A DNA stretch of 64,000 nt from Pseudomonas aeruginosa PAO1 (GTDB lineage Bacteria; Pseudomonadota; Gammaproteobacteria; Pseudomonadales; Pseudomonadaceae): assembly GCF_000006765.1 (NCBI RefSeq), contig NC_002516.2. One strand, written 5' to 3'. Below are positions 61,153 to 64,000 of the stretch, one piece after another. A program made the position numbers and the translations under genes. Under the pieces are notes generated by a model, which saw only the letters and a list, made by a program, of their open reading frames with translations, did no database searches and was not told the DNA's origin. Within the stretch, counting starts at the first letter, position 1. Each line of letters starts with the position of its first letter.

Positions 61153-62985
61153 ATGTGTGGAATCACCGGCTGGACCGACTGGAGCCGCGACCTCGGCGAG
61201 CAGCGCAGCATCCTCGAACGCATGACCCGTACCCTGGCCCCGCGCGGGCCGGACGCCGAAGGCCTGTGGCTGTCGCGGCACGCGCTGCTCGGCCATCGGC
61301 GCCTGGCGATCATCGACCTGGAGAACGGCGCCCAGCCGATGCTTGCCGAGGCTGGCGGGCGGGTGGCGCTGACCTACAGCGGCGAGGTCTACAACTTCCG
61401 CGAGCTGCGCGCCGAGCTGGAGACGCTGGGCCAGGTCTTCCGCACCCGCTCGGACACCGAAGTGGTGCTGCGCGCCTATCTGCAATGGGGCGAGGCTTCC
61501 TTCGTCCGGCTCCGCGGCATCTACGGCTTCGCCCTGTGGGACGAGCGCGAGCAGAGCCTGTGGCTGGTGCGCGATCGCTTCGGGGTCAAGCCGCTGTACT
61601 ACTACCCGACCGCCGGAGGCGTGCTGTTCGCCTCGGAACCCAAGGCGATCTTCGCCAACCCCGAGGCCAACCCGGTGCTCGACGCCAGCGGCATCGCCGA
61701 GCTGTTCGCCCTGACCACCGCGCCGACTCCCGGCCACGGCCTGTACAAGGGCCTGCGCCAGGTCCGGCCGGGCCAGGCGCTGCGCTTCGACCGCAATGGT
61801 GTGCGCGAGTTGGTCTACTGGGCGCTGCGCGCGGAACGTCACGAAGAGGGCGCCGAGGACAGCGCCGAACGCGCCGGCCAGTTGCTCCGCGAGGCGGTGG
61901 CCGAGCAACTGGTGGCCGACGTCCCGCTGGGCAGCCTGCTTTCCGGCGGGCTAGACTCCAGCGCCATCAGTGCCTTCGCGGTGGCCGCGCTGGATGGCGA
62001 CGCGCGGCGCCTGCCGACCTTCTCCGTGGACTTCCCCGGCGAAGGCCGCGGCTTCGTCCCGACGCCCTGGCAAAGCAGCTGGGACGAACCCTATGCGCAG
62101 CTGGCGGCGAACTTCCTCGGTACGCCGCACCGTACCGTGCTGGTCGCCCCGGAAGAGGTGCTGGAACAGGACGAGGCGGTGCTCCAGGCCCGCGACCTGC
62201 CCGGCTGGGGCGAGCTGGACGCCTCGCTCTACCTGCTGTTCCGCCAGGTCCGCGAGCACACCACGGTGGCACTGTCGGGCGAGTCGGCCGACGAGGTGTT
62301 CGGCGGCTACCCGTTCTTCCACGACCCGAGCGCCCTCGCACACGACGGCTTCCCCTGGCTGGCCGGCAAGAGCGGGCCCTGGCAACTGCTGCGGCGGGAG
62401 GTCGCCGAACGGGTGGCGGCGCCGGAATACATCCGGGCGCGCTACCGCGAGGCCCTCGCCGAAGTGCCGCGGCTGGATGGCGAGGATGCCGCCCAGCGAC
62501 GCCAGCGCGAGGTCGCCTACCTGGCGCTGAGCCGCTGGCTGCCGGCGATGCTCGAACGCAAGGACCGGATGAGCATGGCGGTCGGCCTGGAAGTGCGCGT
62601 GCCGTTCTGCGACCACCGCCTGGTGGAGTACGTATGGAACCTGCCCTGGGCGCTGAAGAGCGTCGCCGGGGAAAGCAAGAGCCTGCTGCGCCGGGCCCTG
62701 CGCGGGCACCTGCCGCAGGCGATCCTGGAGCGGCGCAAGAGCGGTTTCCCGGCCAACCCCGACCCACGTTACCTGGCGCTGCTGCGCGAGCGGGTCGGCC
62801 GCCTGCTCGACGACGGCCGCTCGCCGCTGTTCGAACTGGTGGACGCCGGGCGGGTCCGCCAGGCTCTCGAACAGGGCACGCCGCTGCCCAGCCCGCGTGC
62901 CTCGGCGAGCCCGACCGCCGGCCTGGCCTACCTGCTGAACCTGGACCGCTGGCTGACCCGCCATGGGGTCGACATCAGCCTCTGA
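61153..62985 (+). CDS. AsnB/PhzH-like glutamine-dependent amidotransferase, 610 aa
   Basis: Ntn N-terminal MCG, plus RGPD, SGGLDSS, LSGESADEVFGGY and LEVRVPFCD. Confidence 0.92.
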   Translation: MCGITGWTDWSRDLGEQRSILERMTRTLAPRGPDAEGLWLSRHALLGHRRLAIIDLENGAQPMLAEAGGRVALTYSGEVYNFRELRAELETLGQVFRTRSDTEVVLRAYLQWGEASFVRLRGIYGFALWDEREQSLWLVRDRFGVKPLYYYPTAGGVLFASEPKAIFANPEANPVLDASGIAELFALTTAPTPGHGLYKGLRQVRPGQALRFDRNGVRELVYWALRAERHEEGAEDSAERAGQLLREAVAEQLVADVPLGSLLSGGLDSSAISAFAVAALDGDARRLPTFSVDFPGEGRGFVPTPWQSSWDEPYAQLAANFLGTPHRTVLVAPEEVLEQDEAVLQARDLPGWGELDASLYLLFRQVREHTTVALSGESADEVFGGYPFFHDPSALAHDGFPWLAGKSGPWQLLRREVAERVAAPEYIRARYREALAEVPRLDGEDAAQRRQREVAYLALSRWLPAMLERKDRMSMAVGLEVRVPFCDHRLVEYVWNLPWALKSVAGESKSLLRRALRGHLPQAILERRKSGFPANPDPRYLALLRERVGRLLDDGRSPLFELVDAGRVRQALEQGTPLPSPRASASPTAGLAYLLNLDRWLTRHGVDISL

Positions 62986-63012
62986 GCGGCACTTTCTTCC
63001 CGGAGGATACTC

Positions 63013-63522
63013 ATGAGCCTTGCCTTGTCCCGTCCCGACAGCGACCTGCTGGCGCGGGTCAGCGATTTCCTCGTCGCCGAAGCCGAGCTGCTCGACGACC
63101 GCCTGCTGGATACCTGGTTCGCGCTGTTCGAGCGCGCCGCACGCTACCGGGTGCTGCCCTTGCAGGAGCAACTGGCCGGCCAGGCGCCGGAGGACAGCCT
63201 GTACATCATCGACGACGACCACGTGCGCCTGCGCGAGCGGGTCGACAGCATCCTCGGCGGGCATACCTGGATGGAGCAGCCGCGCTCGCGCACCCGCCGC
63301 CTGGTGGGCAACGTGCGGCTGAAGCGGGTCGAGGGCGAACTGGTCAGCAGCCGCAGCAACTTCGTCGTCCATCAGTTCCGCAACCGCGAGGCCTGGAGCT
63401 TCGTCGGCGAAGCCAGTCATGTCCTGCGCGACGGCCCCGGGGGCTTGCGCATCGTCTCGCGGGAGATCCGCCTGGACCACGAGACCATCAGCGCCCAGCG
63501 GCGCATCAGCATCATCCTGTGA
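63013..63522 (+). CDS. Ring-hydroxylating oxygenase beta subunit, 169 aa
   Basis: FLVAEAELLDDR, EQPRSRTRRLVGNV and IVSREIRLD (SnoaL-like beta subunit). Confidence 0.92.
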   Translation: MSLALSRPDSDLLARVSDFLVAEAELLDDRLLDTWFALFERAARYRVLPLQEQLAGQAPEDSLYIIDDDHVRLRERVDSILGGHTWMEQPRSRTRRLVGNVRLKRVEGELVSSRSNFVVHQFRNREAWSFVGEASHVLRDGPGGLRIVSREIRLDHETISAQRRISIIL

Positions 63523-63532
63523 GGCGCCGCCC

Positions 63533-64000
63533 ATGAATACCGATCCGTTGCTGCCCGGCTTCGACTACCTGACCCTGCACACCTCCGCCGCGCGCCTCCG
63601 CGTCGCCGTGAAGGGCAGCGGCCCGCCGCTGCTGCTGTTGCATGGCTATCCGCAGACCCACCTGGCCTGGCATCGCATCGCTCCGCGCCTGGCCGAGGAC
63701 TACAGCGTGGTCCTCGCCGACCTGCGCGGCTATGGCGAATCGCGGGCGCTGGACGAGGAGGGCGCCGACTATTCCAAGGCCGCGCTGGCCCGCGACCAAC
63801 TGGAAACGATGGGCCAGCTAGGCTTCGAACGCTTCGCGGTGATCGGCCACGACCGCGGCGCGCGGGTCGGCTATCGCCTGGCGCTGGACCATCCGCAAGC
63901 GGTCGCGGCCTTCGTCTCGCTGACCGTGGTGCCGATCCTCGACAACTGGGCCGCGGTGAACAAGGTCTTCGCCCTCAACGCCTACCACTGGTTCCTCCTC
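63533..64000 (+). CDS. Alpha/beta hydrolase, fluoroacetate dehalogenase/epoxide hydrolase-like (partial, runs off the window)
   Basis: Translation MNTDPLLPGF...LLHGYPQTH...DLRGYG...GHDRGARV...YHWFL. Confidence 0.88.
   Translation, partial: MNTDPLLPGFDYLTLHTSAARLRVAVKGSGPPLLLLHGYPQTHLAWHRIAPRLAEDYSVVLADLRGYGESRALDEEGADYSKAALARDQLETMGQLGFERFAVIGHDRGARVGYRLALDHPQAVAAFVSLTVVPILDNWAAVNKVFALNAYHWFLL

Overview
A 64-kb, high-GC chromosomal window from a Pseudomonas aeruginosa-type genome. From recall (not a database search), gene order and protein lengths match PAO1 PA2040-PA2086. I see no prophage, IS, integron, CRISPR, tRNA or rRNA. Characterised loci: pauA4 3' end, sstT, cmrA, cynRTS, an ECF sigma/anti-sigma pair with sppR-sppABCD, pcoAB, fusA2, the odsR oxylipin (diol synthase) locus and kynBU/kynR. 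The strongest candidate for an undescribed system is a small cluster with no NRPS or PKS (33126-37362): O-carbamoyltransferase, MFS transporter, HAD phosphatase and DUF218 protein. Three overlapping las/rhl-box-like sites lie directly upstream, and it sits between a TonB-dependent receptor and the CopR box of pcoAB. A second orphan pathway starts at 59791: Rieske alpha subunit, PhzH/AsnB-like amidotransferase, Rieske beta subunit and a fluoroacetate-dehalogenase-like hydrolase. Smaller observations: a secreted HExxH metallopeptidase gene broken by a 1-bp deletion, two small ORFs (57 and 69 aa), a candidate ~85-nt sRNA, helically phased direct repeats next to cmrA, a glyoxalase gene relic, REP doublets and a 39-bp VNTR in pcoA. 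PA numbers and some gene names come from memory and need confirming by alignment.
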